Shown piece by piece: positions 9,136 through 18,040 of a stretch of 64,000 bases of DNA. Both the position numbers and the translations under genes were made by a program. Source of the stretch: Chloroflexota bacterium (GTDB lineage: Bacteria; Chloroflexota; Limnocylindria; Limnocylindrales; CSP1-4). The first letter of the stretch is position 1. Each line of letters begins with the position of its first letter. Location: NCBI GenBank assembly GCA_003141455.1, contig PLMA01000026.1:10701-74700 (forward strand), read 5' to 3'. The notes beneath the pieces were generated by a model. The model did not search any database and was not told where the DNA came from. It saw only the letters and a program-made list of their open reading frames with translations.

Positions 9136-10722
9136 TCAGTCGCCGTCGCCCGGCGGTTCCCCAGGTAGCGACAGCGTGAACGCGGCACCGATTCCTTCTC
9201 GTGCGGGCTCCAGCCGCAGCTCGCCATCCATGGCCCGAAGCAGTTGCCGAGAAACGTACAGGCCCAGACCGGTGCCCTCGCCACTTCCCTGAGAAGCGCC
9301 GCGGGTGAAGCGCTTGAACAGCCGCTTGCGGTCCGCCTCCGAGACGCCGGGCCCGTGGTCGGCGATGGTGACGTTGAGGCGGTCGCTCGTATCATCCGTC
9401 CGAACGTCTACCTCGACCCGGCCATCGCGGCCGCCGTACTTCACGGCGTTGTCCAGCAGCGCCCACAAGACCTGATCCAGTTGATCTGGGTCCGCCACGG
9501 CCAGCCAGCCGCGGCCCGCGTCGCGGAGCTCGAAGGCGACTTCCGTGGCGTTGAGCGCCTCCCAGGCCCGCCGAACACGCGGCCCCACGGCGAACACCTC
9601 GACTTCGGGTCGCAGGGCTCCGGCTTCCAGGCGGGTCACCGTCAGCAGCTGCCGGACGAGGCGGGTGAGACGGTCGGCCTGCTCGGCCACGATCTGCAGC
9701 CGCCGGTCTCGAGCCGCTTCTTCCGATCCTGCCCGGAGCTGATCCACGTAAGCGCGAATGCTGGTCAGGGGACTCTGCAGGTTGTGGCTTACGCCTCGCA
9801 GGAACTCGTCTTTGGCCGCGTCCAGCTCGACCAATCTGGCGTTCTGGCTCTCGATCTGTCCGAAGAGCTCGGCGTTGCGCAGGGCCATGCCGACCTCGCT
9901 CGAGAACAGGTCGAGCAGATCCTGGTCGGCGCGCTCCCAGCCCCGCGTCGCCGGGAGGTGGCCGGTGAGAACGCCCAGGGGCTCGCCGCCGGCACTCACG
10001 TCCGCTCGAACCGGGCGCGGGTCGCCGGGGATCGATTCTTCTATGGGCACCGTGGCCGGGTCGACGAGCGCAAGCCGGCAGTCGATCAGGCTGTAGATAT
10101 GGCAGGCGTCCTTCTCGGCGAGGGCCGCCAGCGCCTTGACTCCCTGAGCCGGCGTGTAGGTGGCGACGGCGGTCAGCAGCGCGCCTAGCTCGCGATTGCG
10201 ACGCTGGCTTTCGGCCGCGATGCGATTGTGGCTTTCGGCCAGGCGAGCCAGCTCGTCGTCGCCCGCAAGGTGGATCGGCGGACTGTGCTCGCCGGCAGCC
10301 ACGCGCTCCACGGCGGCGGCTATGTAGCGCAGCGGGGCGGTGAGCGCCGTCGCGGCGAAGGCGGCCGCGAGCAGGCCGAAGAATGCGGCGCCCACGATCG
10401 CGGCGATCAGCAGGGGCACTACTACACGGCCATTGGTGTACAGGCCGGCCAGCATCAGGATCGAGCCGAAGATGGCCAGCGGCACCACCGCCGCGACTAT
10501 CAGACCTACCGTGAGGAGAACGCGGAACGACAGGCCGAGGCGCCCGGCCGTCCGGTGACCCTTGCCGGTGCGGTCGGCCGGGCCCTCGCCCGCGCGGCCG
10601 CCCGTGTCTTCGCGCCTGCGTTCGGCCGTGCCCGCGCGCCTGCGTTCGGCCGTGCCCTCGCCCGCGCCGACGTCGGCGCTCGCGGCACCCGACTCGGGCG
10701 CCGACCCGTCAGGCGTCGTCAT
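9136..10722 (-). CDS. Sensor histidine kinase (2 TM, GAF-like sensor, HisKA, HATPase_c)
   Basis: H-box VSHNLQSPLTSIRAY, N/G-box region, C-terminal HATPase (GTGLGLYVSRQL). The 14-nt overlap with the upstream response-regulator gene implies translational coupling. Confidence 0.85.
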   Translation of the reverse strand: MTTPDGSAPESGAASADVGAGEGTAERRRAGTAERRREDTGGRAGEGPADRTGKGHRTAGRLGLSFRVLLTVGLIVAAVVPLAIFGSILMLAGLYTNGRVVVPLLIAAIVGAAFFGLLAAAFAATALTAPLRYIAAAVERVAAGEHSPPIHLAGDDELARLAESHNRIAAESQRRNRELGALLTAVATYTPAQGVKALAALAEKDACHIYSLIDCRLALVDPATVPIEESIPGDPRPVRADVSAGGEPLGVLTGHLPATRGWERADQDLLDLFSSEVGMALRNAELFGQIESQNARLVELDAAKDEFLRGVSHNLQSPLTSIRAYVDQLRAGSEEAARDRRLQIVAEQADRLTRLVRQLLTVTRLEAGALRPEVEVFAVGPRVRRAWEALNATEVAFELRDAGRGWLAVADPDQLDQVLWALLDNAVKYGGRDGRVEVDVRTDDTSDRLNVTIADHGPGVSEADRKRLFKRFTRGASQGSGEGTGLGLYVSRQLLRAMDGELRLEPAREGIGAAFTLSLPGEPPGDGD

Positions 10723-11416
10723 GGGTCGACACCAGGCGGTACCCGACGCCGCGCACGGTCAGAAGGTGAACCGGCACGTCCGGATCCACCTCGATCTTCT
10801 GGCGGAGCCGGCGAATCGAAACCCAGACGTAGGAGGTGTCGGCCCCCTCGGTCTCCGTCCATCCTCGGGCGAGCAGCGTTTCGGTCGGGACGACCTCGCC
10901 CAGGTTGCCGGCCAGCGCGTGGAGGAGCCGCGACTCTGTGGGTGTCAGCTTGACTTCGGTCCCGCCGACGGTGGCGGCTCGGCGATGCAGATCGATTGTC
11001 AGGTTCGGCCCGAGCACCAGCGACTGGCGCGGGATTCGATCGCCCAGCCTGCGCAAGACGCGCTGGATTCGAGCTCGCAACTCGGGGTAGTTGTAGGGCT
11101 TGGTGACGTAGTCCTCCGCGACCTCATCGAGCAGGTGGGCCTTGCTGTCGGCGGTGTCTATCGCCGAGAGGACGATGATCGGCAGATCCGCCGCTGCCTT
11201 GATCTCGCGGGCCACCGCCAGGCCGTCTACGCGAGGCATCATCAGGTCCAGCAGGATGAGGTCCGGCCATCCGGCTTCGAGCCGTCGCAGCGCCTCCTGG
11301 CCGTCGCGCGCCGTCGCCACCTCGTAGCCGTCGTCGTGAAGCTGCTCGGCCAGGACGACCAGCAGGTTCGCGTCGTCGTCGACGAGCAGGATCCGTTGCG
11401 GCCGGGGCTCGATCAT
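10709..11416 (-). CDS. OmpR-family response regulator
   Basis: REC domain (LLVDDDANL...DLILLDLMMP) plus a winged-helix trans_reg_C output domain (RRLRQKIE...GYRL). Confidence 0.9.
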   Translation of the reverse strand: MIEPRPQRILLVDDDANLLVVLAEQLHDDGYEVATARDGQEALRRLEAGWPDLILLDLMMPRVDGLAVAREIKAAADLPIIVLSAIDTADSKAHLLDEVAEDYVTKPYNYPELRARIQRVLRRLGDRIPRQSLVLGPNLTIDLHRRAATVGGTEVKLTPTESRLLHALAGNLGEVVPTETLLARGWTETEGADTSYVWVSIRRLRQKIEVDPDVPVHLLTVRGVGYRLVSTHDDA

Positions 11417-11552
11417 TGCGGTCTCGTCTCCCCCGAGGGCCCAGCGACGCGGGCGTCGCCGCGAGTATAGGTGGGGGAAGGGCGGCGTGATCCGATGCTA
11501 GCGAGCGGCCGGCCCCAGCCCGACAGGACGGGTCGTCTGTCCGGGAGCGGAC

Positions 11553-12407
11553 CTATTCCGCCTTCGCGTCGAAGTAGCGGCAGCGAAGGGCCAGCGGGCA
11601 GTGCTCGCAGTCGGGGCGTTGGGCGTGGCATGTTCGCCGGCCGTGGGTGATCAGGGAGACGTGGGCCTCGTACATCCGCTCCGGGCTCAGCATCGCAAGG
11701 TAGTAGTCGTGGGCCACGTCCGCGTCCGCCTTTGCGGGAATCAGGCCGACCCGCGAGCTGACCCGATGGACGTGGCGATCCACCGGCATGAGCGGTAGTC
11801 CGAAGCTGAAGAGCAGAACCACGGACGCCGTCTTCTTGCCGATGCCCGGAATCGCCGCGAGCCAATCGCGGGCCTCGAGGGGTGGCATGGCGGCCAGGAA
11901 CTCGAGCGAATAGCCGCCGCCATTGGCGAGCAGCGCTCGAAGGGCGGCCTGGATGCGAGGCGCTTTCTGCGGGCCCAGGCCGCCGGGGCGGATGACGTCG
12001 ATCAACTCCCCGATCGGCGCCGCGTCCACGGCCGACCAGTCCGGTGGAGGGAGATCCGGCAGGCCGCGGCCGCCCCAGCCGGGGAACGGGCGCGGTTCGG
12101 AGGATACGTCGGCAGGCGCGGGCGCAGACGGGTAGGCGGCCCGGAGGGCGGCGAAGGCGGCTTCGGCGTTGGTGTCGGCGCTGTTCTGGGACAGGATCGT
12201 CAGGACCAGCTCGCTCGTGGGATCGAGGCGGCGTTGCCACGCCGGCCGGCCGTTCGCTTCGGCCAGCCGATCCAGAACGAAGGCGAGGAGCCCGGGGCGT
12301 TTGGCGTCCAGCTGGCGGGCCCACGCTCGGGCGACCTGCTCGGGGGAGCGCTTCTTCGCGGCCCGCCTGGCGGCAGGCTTCGAGCGCTTGCTTCGGCCGG
12401 GCGTCAC
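11553..12407 (-). CDS. nth: Endonuclease III (HhH-GPD, 4Fe-4S)
   Basis: HhH-GPD motif, catalytic Lys/Asp context, and the C-terminal C-X6-C-X2-C-X5-C cluster (CHAQRPDCEHCPLALRC). Its GTG start overlaps the glycerate kinase stop (GTGA). Confidence 0.85.
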   Translation of the reverse strand: MTPGRSKRSKPAARRAAKKRSPEQVARAWARQLDAKRPGLLAFVLDRLAEANGRPAWQRRLDPTSELVLTILSQNSADTNAEAAFAALRAAYPSAPAPADVSSEPRPFPGWGGRGLPDLPPPDWSAVDAAPIGELIDVIRPGGLGPQKAPRIQAALRALLANGGGYSLEFLAAMPPLEARDWLAAIPGIGKKTASVVLLFSFGLPLMPVDRHVHRVSSRVGLIPAKADADVAHDYYLAMLSPERMYEAHVSLITHGRRTCHAQRPDCEHCPLALRCRYFDAKAE

Positions 12408-13702
12408 GCGACCGGCTCTCTGGCCGCCCCTCTGGCCATGGCTTTGGCCTCGGCCGTGGATTTGGCCCCGGTCGTGGCCGTGGCCCCGGTCGTGGCCGTG
12501 GCTTCGGCCGTGGCTTCGGCCCGTGCGCCCCGCCGCTCGCCCACCAGAGCGCCCAACTCGACGATCCGTGCCAGCCGCGCGCCGGCGGCGGTGACGAGCG
12601 GCGCCGCCCTGCTCATCGCGTCTTCCAACGTCATCGGCCCATCGAGAATCGGGATCGCCAGAGCCCGGGCTCTGGCCAGCGCCGCGACCCCCTCAGGCGT
12701 TACTGAGCCGCCGACGGCCAGGCACGGCACACCCGCGGCCTCGGCACGTCGCGCGACGCCCAGCGCCGTCTTGCCGAACGCCGTCTGAGCGTCGATCTGG
12801 CCCTCTCCGGTCACCACGAGGTCGGCGCCCACCAGCTGCTGATCGAAGCCCGTCTCCTGCATGACCACTTCGATCCCGGGGACCAGCTCGAACGCCCGCA
12901 TCCGGGGCGCCAGGCACAACAGGCCGAAGCTCGTGCCGCCGGCCGCCCCCGAGCCCGGTGTGTTCCGGGCCCGCGCTCCGGAGGCCGCCTCGAGCAGGTC
13001 CGCATACCGCGTCAGCCAGGCTTCGAGCTTGATCACGTCTTCCGGCCAGGCGCCTTTCTGCGGAGCGTATACGGCAGCGGCACCTTGCTCGCCGAGCAGC
13101 GGATTGGTCACGTCGCAAGCTATGCGCAGTTCCAGCTCGCGGATGCGCGGATCGAGGGCAGCCAGGTCGACTATGTCAAGGTCGGGGATCGGTCCGGGCA
13201 GTGGCCAGCCGGAGCCTCGATACCAGACCCCCATGGCGCGAAGCAGCCCCGCGCCTCCGTCCGTGGTGGCGCTGCCACCGACTCCCATGACCACGTGGCG
13301 AACGCCCGCGTCGAGCACCGCCTTCAGAATCTCGCCGGTTCCGTCGGTCGTGGCCGCGAGAGGTGCGCGCGGCTCTCCCTCCGGGAGGCGGGACAGGCCG
13401 GACGCCTCGGCCAGCTCCACCGCCGCCCGCTGACCATCCACGGACAGCAACCAGCGCGCGGTCAGCGGACGGCCCAACGGGTCGTGGGCCAGGCACTCCT
13501 GCCAGTCCCATCCACCGGCCTCCGCCATAGCCGCGAGCATCCCTTCGCCGCCGTCCGCGAGCGGCGCCAGGGTCAGTTCATCGTGCGGGCGAGCTAGGGC
13601 CCAGCCATCGGCGAGAGCTCTCGCCACTTCCACGGACGAGAGCGAGCCTTTGAAGGAGTCAGGCGCCAGGAGCACGCGAAGGCGATCGCCGCGGCTGGTC
13701 AT
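12404..13702 (-). CDS. Glycerate kinase (GarK/GlxK family) with repetitive Ala/Thr/Glu C-terminal tail
   Basis: MTSRGDRLRVLLAPDSFKGSL N-terminus and GGSATTDGGAG motifs of the glycerate kinase family. The ATG at 13702 overlaps the stop of the upstream GpgS gene (ATGA). The longer ORF reaching 14095 reads through the upstream gene and was rejected. Confidence 0.85.
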   Translation of the reverse strand: MTSRGDRLRVLLAPDSFKGSLSSVEVARALADGWALARPHDELTLAPLADGGEGMLAAMAEAGGWDWQECLAHDPLGRPLTARWLLSVDGQRAAVELAEASGLSRLPEGEPRAPLAATTDGTGEILKAVLDAGVRHVVMGVGGSATTDGGAGLLRAMGVWYRGSGWPLPGPIPDLDIVDLAALDPRIRELELRIACDVTNPLLGEQGAAAVYAPQKGAWPEDVIKLEAWLTRYADLLEAASGARARNTPGSGAAGGTSFGLLCLAPRMRAFELVPGIEVVMQETGFDQQLVGADLVVTGEGQIDAQTAFGKTALGVARRAEAAGVPCLAVGGSVTPEGVAALARARALAIPILDGPMTLEDAMSRAAPLVTAAGARLARIVELGALVGERRGARAEATAEATATTGATATTGAKSTAEAKAMARGAAREPVA

Positions 13703-15720
13703 CGCGACCCCGCCGGCCCTTCGCGGCTGGTAGCCGGCCGCTCGCCGCTCGGCGCCGACCCTTGGGGAGCTGCGCCCGCGACCACGGTCCGGCCCGCCTC
13801 GGCACCAGCCGAGCCTTCGTTGCGCCGTTTCTCCAGGTACTCGGGGATGCGGATCATCGGCGGGCGTTCGTGGTCGGCCAGCTCGATGACCTCCAGTCCC
13901 AGGCGACCGTGCCCGGAGCGCGGCAGCTTCATCGTCGATCCGAGATCGGCGAAGAGCCGCGTCTTGCTCCGTTCCTCGAGCCGCTTCATGACCGCCTGCA
14001 GGATCACGAAGCTCATCCGCGACAACCCCTCGAGTTCCTGGTTGCGGTGGATACGCCGCTCCAGGTCTACCTGGCCCAGCCCCTCGAGGCCGCACCGTTC
14101 GGCGACGTCGATGAGGTGGCCGATCTCGACGGCATAGCCGGTGAAGAAGGAGAGCGTCTCGAGCAGGCTTCGCCGGCCTGCGTACTCACCGGACAGCGGC
14201 TGGATCAGGCCGGACAGCTCGGGGAAGAAGAGATTGATCAGTGGTCGCGCGACCAGTTCGGTGACCCGTCCTCCGCCGCCCTCCTTGAGGATGCCGTCCT
14301 CGACGATCGGACGCCGGTAGTAGCCCTTCACGTACTGGATCCGCTCCTCGGCGATGAGCGGCCCGACGGTGCCGTACACCATCCGCGGGTGCCAGTTGCG
14401 GACGTCCGTGTCGGCCCAGGCGACGATGTCGCCGCTGGTCTCGAAGAGGCTCTTCCAGAGCGCCTCGCCCTTGCCGGTGAAGCTGCCGTATCGGGTCAGG
14501 ACCTGCTGATGGATGACGACCCGAGCGCCTTCGGCCGCGGCCGCCTCGCGGGTTCCATCGGATGAGTCGGAGTCGATGACGAGCAGCTCGTCTACCAGCG
14601 GATGGCGTTCCATCAGCTCGCGCCGGGCCTTGCCCACGATCTCGCCGATCGTCTCTTCTTCGTTGAGAGACGGCAGGACCAGGCTGACCGTCAGCCCCTG
14701 TTTCTGTTTGAGACTTACCAGCCGATCCAGGTCCCCGAATTCCCGGTGATGGAAGTTCGACTCTCCAAACCAGCGCTCCACCCGAAGCGGAACCGATCGA
14801 GCTTCGTGGGCGGCTCGTTCGGCCGCGGCCAGGGTTTCGGCGCGCTGCTCCAGCTTCTCGAACGTGGCCTGGCCGATCGCCTCTCGGGTCTTGACGACGA
14901 TCACGGTCTTGCGCGAACGCGTCGCGATCGCCTCGGGCAGGGCTCCGAAGAGGTAGGTCTCTCCGTTGCTGGTGGCCGGCGCGGCGGAAGCGCCCATGAC
15001 GACCACATCCGCGGTCTCGGCTTCGCGCAGGATGGCGTTGCGGATGTTCGGTGCCTCGCGAACGGCCTGCTCCACCTGGCCGTCCGCGTGCTGGCGGATG
15101 AAGTGGGCCAGGGCGCGCTCGGACTGCGTTCGGAGTCCTTCGGCGATGCCGCGGGGGACAAGGTGCAGGGCCACGATGCGGCCGTCGTTGCGATGAGCCA
15201 GGGCGTCAGCGAAGCGCAGCGCCAGGACGGCGTGAGGGCCGCCGCGGATCGGCACGAGGATGCGCTTGATTTCGGCCGGGCCGCGTTGCTTGACCACGGC
15301 GATATCGCATGGGGAGTCGCGGACGACTTCGTCGATGGTCGGCGAGAAGACCGACGCCTGTGCCCCGGGCCTGGCCGGAGATGGCTTGCCGCCCCAGCCG
15401 AAGACAATCAGATCCGCGTCCAGCTCCGTCGCGGCTTCCACGACTCCCTCGGCCGCGCGGCGTCCAATGCGGACGATGGGATGAATAGTGACGCCCTCCG
15501 GGGCATAGTCGAGGACTCGCTGGAGGAGCCGGCGGGCCTGCCGGGCGCGCGTGGCGCCCTCGCTGAGGGGCGTCCCCTCGGGCACCTCCACGATGCCGAG
15601 CACGGTCAGGGTGCCGGTCCGGCGATCCATCAGCGAGGCTCCGAGGCGGACGAGCTCCTGGGCGGTGAGGGGGTTCGCCACCGGAATCAGGATCCGCGAC
15701 GGAAGCGGAGTGCGTGTCAT
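13699..15720 (-). CDS. gpgS: Fusion protein: tandem universal stress protein (UspA) domains + glucosyl-3-phosphoglycerate synthase (GpgS, GT81)
   Basis: N-terminal ~300 aa hold two UspA-like domains (ILIPVANPLTAQ..., LIVFGWGGK; ILVPIRGGPHA...VVVMGAS). The C-terminal ~330 aa match GpgS along their length (LVLPSLNEEETIG, KGEALWKSL, SGDIVAWADTD, GGGRVTELVARPL, QPLSGEYAGRRSLL, VEIGHLIDV, HRNQELEGLS). The ATG at 15720 overlaps the stop of the upstream GT (ATGA). Confidence 0.8.
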   Translation of the reverse strand: MTRTPLPSRILIPVANPLTAQELVRLGASLMDRRTGTLTVLGIVEVPEGTPLSEGATRARQARRLLQRVLDYAPEGVTIHPIVRIGRRAAEGVVEAATELDADLIVFGWGGKPSPARPGAQASVFSPTIDEVVRDSPCDIAVVKQRGPAEIKRILVPIRGGPHAVLALRFADALAHRNDGRIVALHLVPRGIAEGLRTQSERALAHFIRQHADGQVEQAVREAPNIRNAILREAETADVVVMGASAAPATSNGETYLFGALPEAIATRSRKTVIVVKTREAIGQATFEKLEQRAETLAAAERAAHEARSVPLRVERWFGESNFHHREFGDLDRLVSLKQKQGLTVSLVLPSLNEEETIGEIVGKARRELMERHPLVDELLVIDSDSSDGTREAAAAEGARVVIHQQVLTRYGSFTGKGEALWKSLFETSGDIVAWADTDVRNWHPRMVYGTVGPLIAEERIQYVKGYYRRPIVEDGILKEGGGGRVTELVARPLINLFFPELSGLIQPLSGEYAGRRSLLETLSFFTGYAVEIGHLIDVAERCGLEGLGQVDLERRIHRNQELEGLSRMSFVILQAVMKRLEERSKTRLFADLGSTMKLPRSGHGRLGLEVIELADHERPPMIRIPEYLEKRRNEGSAGAEAGRTVVAGAAPQGSAPSGERPATSREGPAGSR

Positions 15721-17279
15721 CGAGCTGGCTCTTTCGGCGTACGCGGCGGCCGGCCGCGCTTCGCCGACCCGCTCGTAGCGGCCTCGCCACGGTCGGCGGC
15801 CTCGCCACGGTCGGCGGCCTCGCCACGGTCGGCGGCCTCGCCGCTGTCGGCGGCCTCGCCACGGTCGGCGACGCCGGCGCTGACGACGCGGGCATCGGCC
15901 GCCGCCTGCCAGTGCTTGACGAGATACGGCTTGAGCAGCTCGAACTCGCGGGCCTGTCGCTCGACCCGCTCCTCGGCCTGGTCGTCGGTGAGGCGCCGGT
16001 TCTCGACGACGAGGCTCCCGACCCGGCCGAAGTAGATCGGCACGAACGCCGCCACGAGCCGTTCCACGGGCACGTCGCCGAAGCTCGCGAAGACCATCAG
16101 GTCGTAGAAGACGCGGGCCCAGAGATCGTCCGGGAAGTGGAAGGTGGCCACGGCATCGGACAGGACGTCGGTGGACGGCGACCCATCCCCCGCCGAGCTC
16201 GCGCCGGACTCTCGCCCGAGTCCCAGGCGGTGGGCCGCCGCCTCGGCCAGGGATCCGGCCTCCTCGGCGAGCGCCAGCACGTGCTTGCAGTTGCCCGGCG
16301 CCAGGAACCGTTGCCACGTCTCGGCGAGCGTCAGCGAGCCGGCGTGGAACTGGCTCAGAAGGCGCAGCGTGTCGACCTCCAGCGCGGGCGGCTCGGCGTA
16401 CCGCTCGAACCCGTATACGGGCACGTCATGGCTGCCGCTGATGGCGAGCCAACGGTCCGCGTTGTCCCGTGCCATGGTCAGAAGCGTTCCGACGACCTCG
16501 CGGAACATCGGCCCCAGGTCTGAGCCTGGGTCCTTGGCATCGTGGATCTTGGCACCCAGCCGCGTCTGGCACACCGCGAAGCCGCCGGTCAGGGCGGTCG
16601 TCGTCATCCAGATGTCGATGCCGAAACGAGAGACGTCCGGCGTCCAGCTCTCCTGCTCGAGGTAGTGGCGGATCAGGTCACCGCTGATCCCGAAGTCGCC
16701 GCCGATCGGCTGGCGGATGCGGTGCCCGTACAGCGCCCGTGTCACCGGGTAGGTGACGGTGTTGGTGATCGTGCCGTCGTACTTGTAGCGCGAGTACAGG
16801 GGAGCCACGAAGTCGTACCCGCCCTTTACGATCGGGCCGGCCAGCAGCTCGATCCACTCCGGAACGATCGACCTCAGGTCCGAGTCGACGACGACCAGCG
16901 CCTCGACCTCCAGCGCGGCCGCCATCTCGAAAAGGGTCCGCAGCGCCGCGCCCTTGCCTCCGATCCCATCGACATCGGGGTAGGTCAGGCTGACTCGATC
17001 GAGGCGGTTCTTGGGGTGGACGAGCAGGATCTGTTCGACGTAGCCGGGCGGCTCGGTCTCCACCACCACGCGCTGAGTTCCGTCGGGTGATCCGGCGTCG
17101 GCGTTCACCAGGACCGGGCGCAGGTCCGGGAAGTACTGGACCAGGCCGGCCTGAGCCGCGCGGACGACATGGCCGATAGTCGCCGCGTTCCGAAAGCTCG
17201 GAATGCCGACCATGATGTCGGCGCAACCGAGCCGGGCGATCTGGTCCCGAATTGCTGGCGTGAGGGCGCTGGACGGCAT
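15717..17279 (-). CDS. GT-A-fold glycosyltransferase (family-2-like, DxD motif) with C-terminal hexapeptide-repeat tail
   Basis: IMVGIPSFRNAATIG (GT-A N-terminal beta-strand/NDP-binding), VVVDSD (DxD), 520 aa. ATG at 17279 chosen where homology begins. Confidence 0.7.
   Translation of the reverse strand: MPSSALTPAIRDQIARLGCADIMVGIPSFRNAATIGHVVRAAQAGLVQYFPDLRPVLVNADAGSPDGTQRVVVETEPPGYVEQILLVHPKNRLDRVSLTYPDVDGIGGKGAALRTLFEMAAALEVEALVVVDSDLRSIVPEWIELLAGPIVKGGYDFVAPLYSRYKYDGTITNTVTYPVTRALYGHRIRQPIGGDFGISGDLIRHYLEQESWTPDVSRFGIDIWMTTTALTGGFAVCQTRLGAKIHDAKDPGSDLGPMFREVVGTLLTMARDNADRWLAISGSHDVPVYGFERYAEPPALEVDTLRLLSQFHAGSLTLAETWQRFLAPGNCKHVLALAEEAGSLAEAAAHRLGLGRESGASSAGDGSPSTDVLSDAVATFHFPDDLWARVFYDLMVFASFGDVPVERLVAAFVPIYFGRVGSLVVENRRLTDDQAEERVERQAREFELLKPYLVKHWQAAADARVVSAGVADRGEAADSGEAADRGEAADRGEAADRGEAATSGSAKRGRPPRTPKEPAR
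15781..15870. repeat. 18-bp tandem repeat x5 (gcctcgccacggtcggcg) encoding an (EAADRG)n C-terminal tail of the GT gene
   Basis: Five direct 18-nt copies, one variant copy (ccgctgtc). They translate on the minus strand to GEAADRGEAADRGEAADRGEAADSGEAADRG. Confidence 0.85.
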
Positions 17280-17335
17280 CGTCGTCACCGTACCACGCCT
17301 TGCGGGTCCGGGGCAGATGCGGCGGGCAGCCCGGC

Positions 17336-18031
17336 CTACTTGATGGGCATCGGCGCGATGGACCAATCGTCATTGCGGCCGCTCGGTATGTAGCGGCTGT
17401 TGGCTGCCTTGAAGGCCAGCGCCCCGAAGCCGAGAGCGCGCCACGTGGCGACGAAAGTGCCGATGGGCGGCCGAACGAAGGGGGTGATGCGGACCAGCTC
17501 GCCGGTCCGCAGGGCCCCGTCGAGGAGGCGCTTTCGCTCCAGCAGCGGGACGTCCAGCAGGCTCGCCCCGTCGATGCTCAAGAGGTCCACGGCGACGAAG
17601 GCGATCGGCCGGTCCGGGTCCAGGCGATTCGTGGATTCCGACGGGCGCGACCTTCGAGTTCCGACGAGCATCTGGGTCATCATCTGGCCCGCGCTTGGCG
17701 CTTCGATGCCTGTGATTGGGATGCCCGCCGTGGCCTGCGTCGGCTCCACCGTCAGGAAGCCGTCGAGAATCAGCTCGTCGGCCAGGGCCGCGGAGCTGAT
17801 CTCGTCCGCGACGGCGGCGAACTCGTCTGTGCAGTCCTCGCCATCCTCATCAACGAGGAGGGTCCGGCCGAGCTCGAACCGCGCGAGGATGCGCACGCCT
17901 CCCCAGCTGGGTTCGATCAACGGATCGGGGACGGAACGACTGCCTCGCCCGAATCGCTGCGGACGCCACTGCTCGGGGCGCTCGGGTGGGGCTGGCGAGG
18001 CCGGCGGGGCCGCGCGGCGCAGGAAGGGCAT
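17336..18031 (-). CDS. ATP-dependent DNA ligase-like protein, catalytically degenerate (motif I Lys and motif III/IV acidic residues substituted)
   Basis: Ligase motifs recognisable but mutated: ILDGFLTV (motif III, E->F), AFVAVDLLSIDGASLLDVPLLERKRLL (OB/linker), GFGALAFKAANSRYIPSGRNDDWSIAPMPIK (motifs IV-V-VI, EG->FG). No KxDGxR. Confidence 0.5.
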   Translation of the reverse strand: MPFLRRAAPPASPAPPERPEQWRPQRFGRGSRSVPDPLIEPSWGGVRILARFELGRTLLVDEDGEDCTDEFAAVADEISSAALADELILDGFLTVEPTQATAGIPITGIEAPSAGQMMTQMLVGTRRSRPSESTNRLDPDRPIAFVAVDLLSIDGASLLDVPLLERKRLLDGALRTGELVRITPFVRPPIGTFVATWRALGFGALAFKAANSRYIPSGRNDDWSIAPMPIK

Positions 18032-18040
18032 GGCCGGATT

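Noticed and set aside
12404-14095. Full 563-aa glycerate kinase ORF
   Set aside because: The first 131 codons overlap the 3' end of the GpgS gene in another frame and lack homology. Kinase homology starts at the ATG at 13702.
15721-16317. N-terminal 199 codons of the 872-aa ORF
   Set aside because: They read through the 18-bp repeat and the upstream GT gene tail in another frame (RRPWRGRRPWRG...). The USP domain starts at the ATG at 15720.
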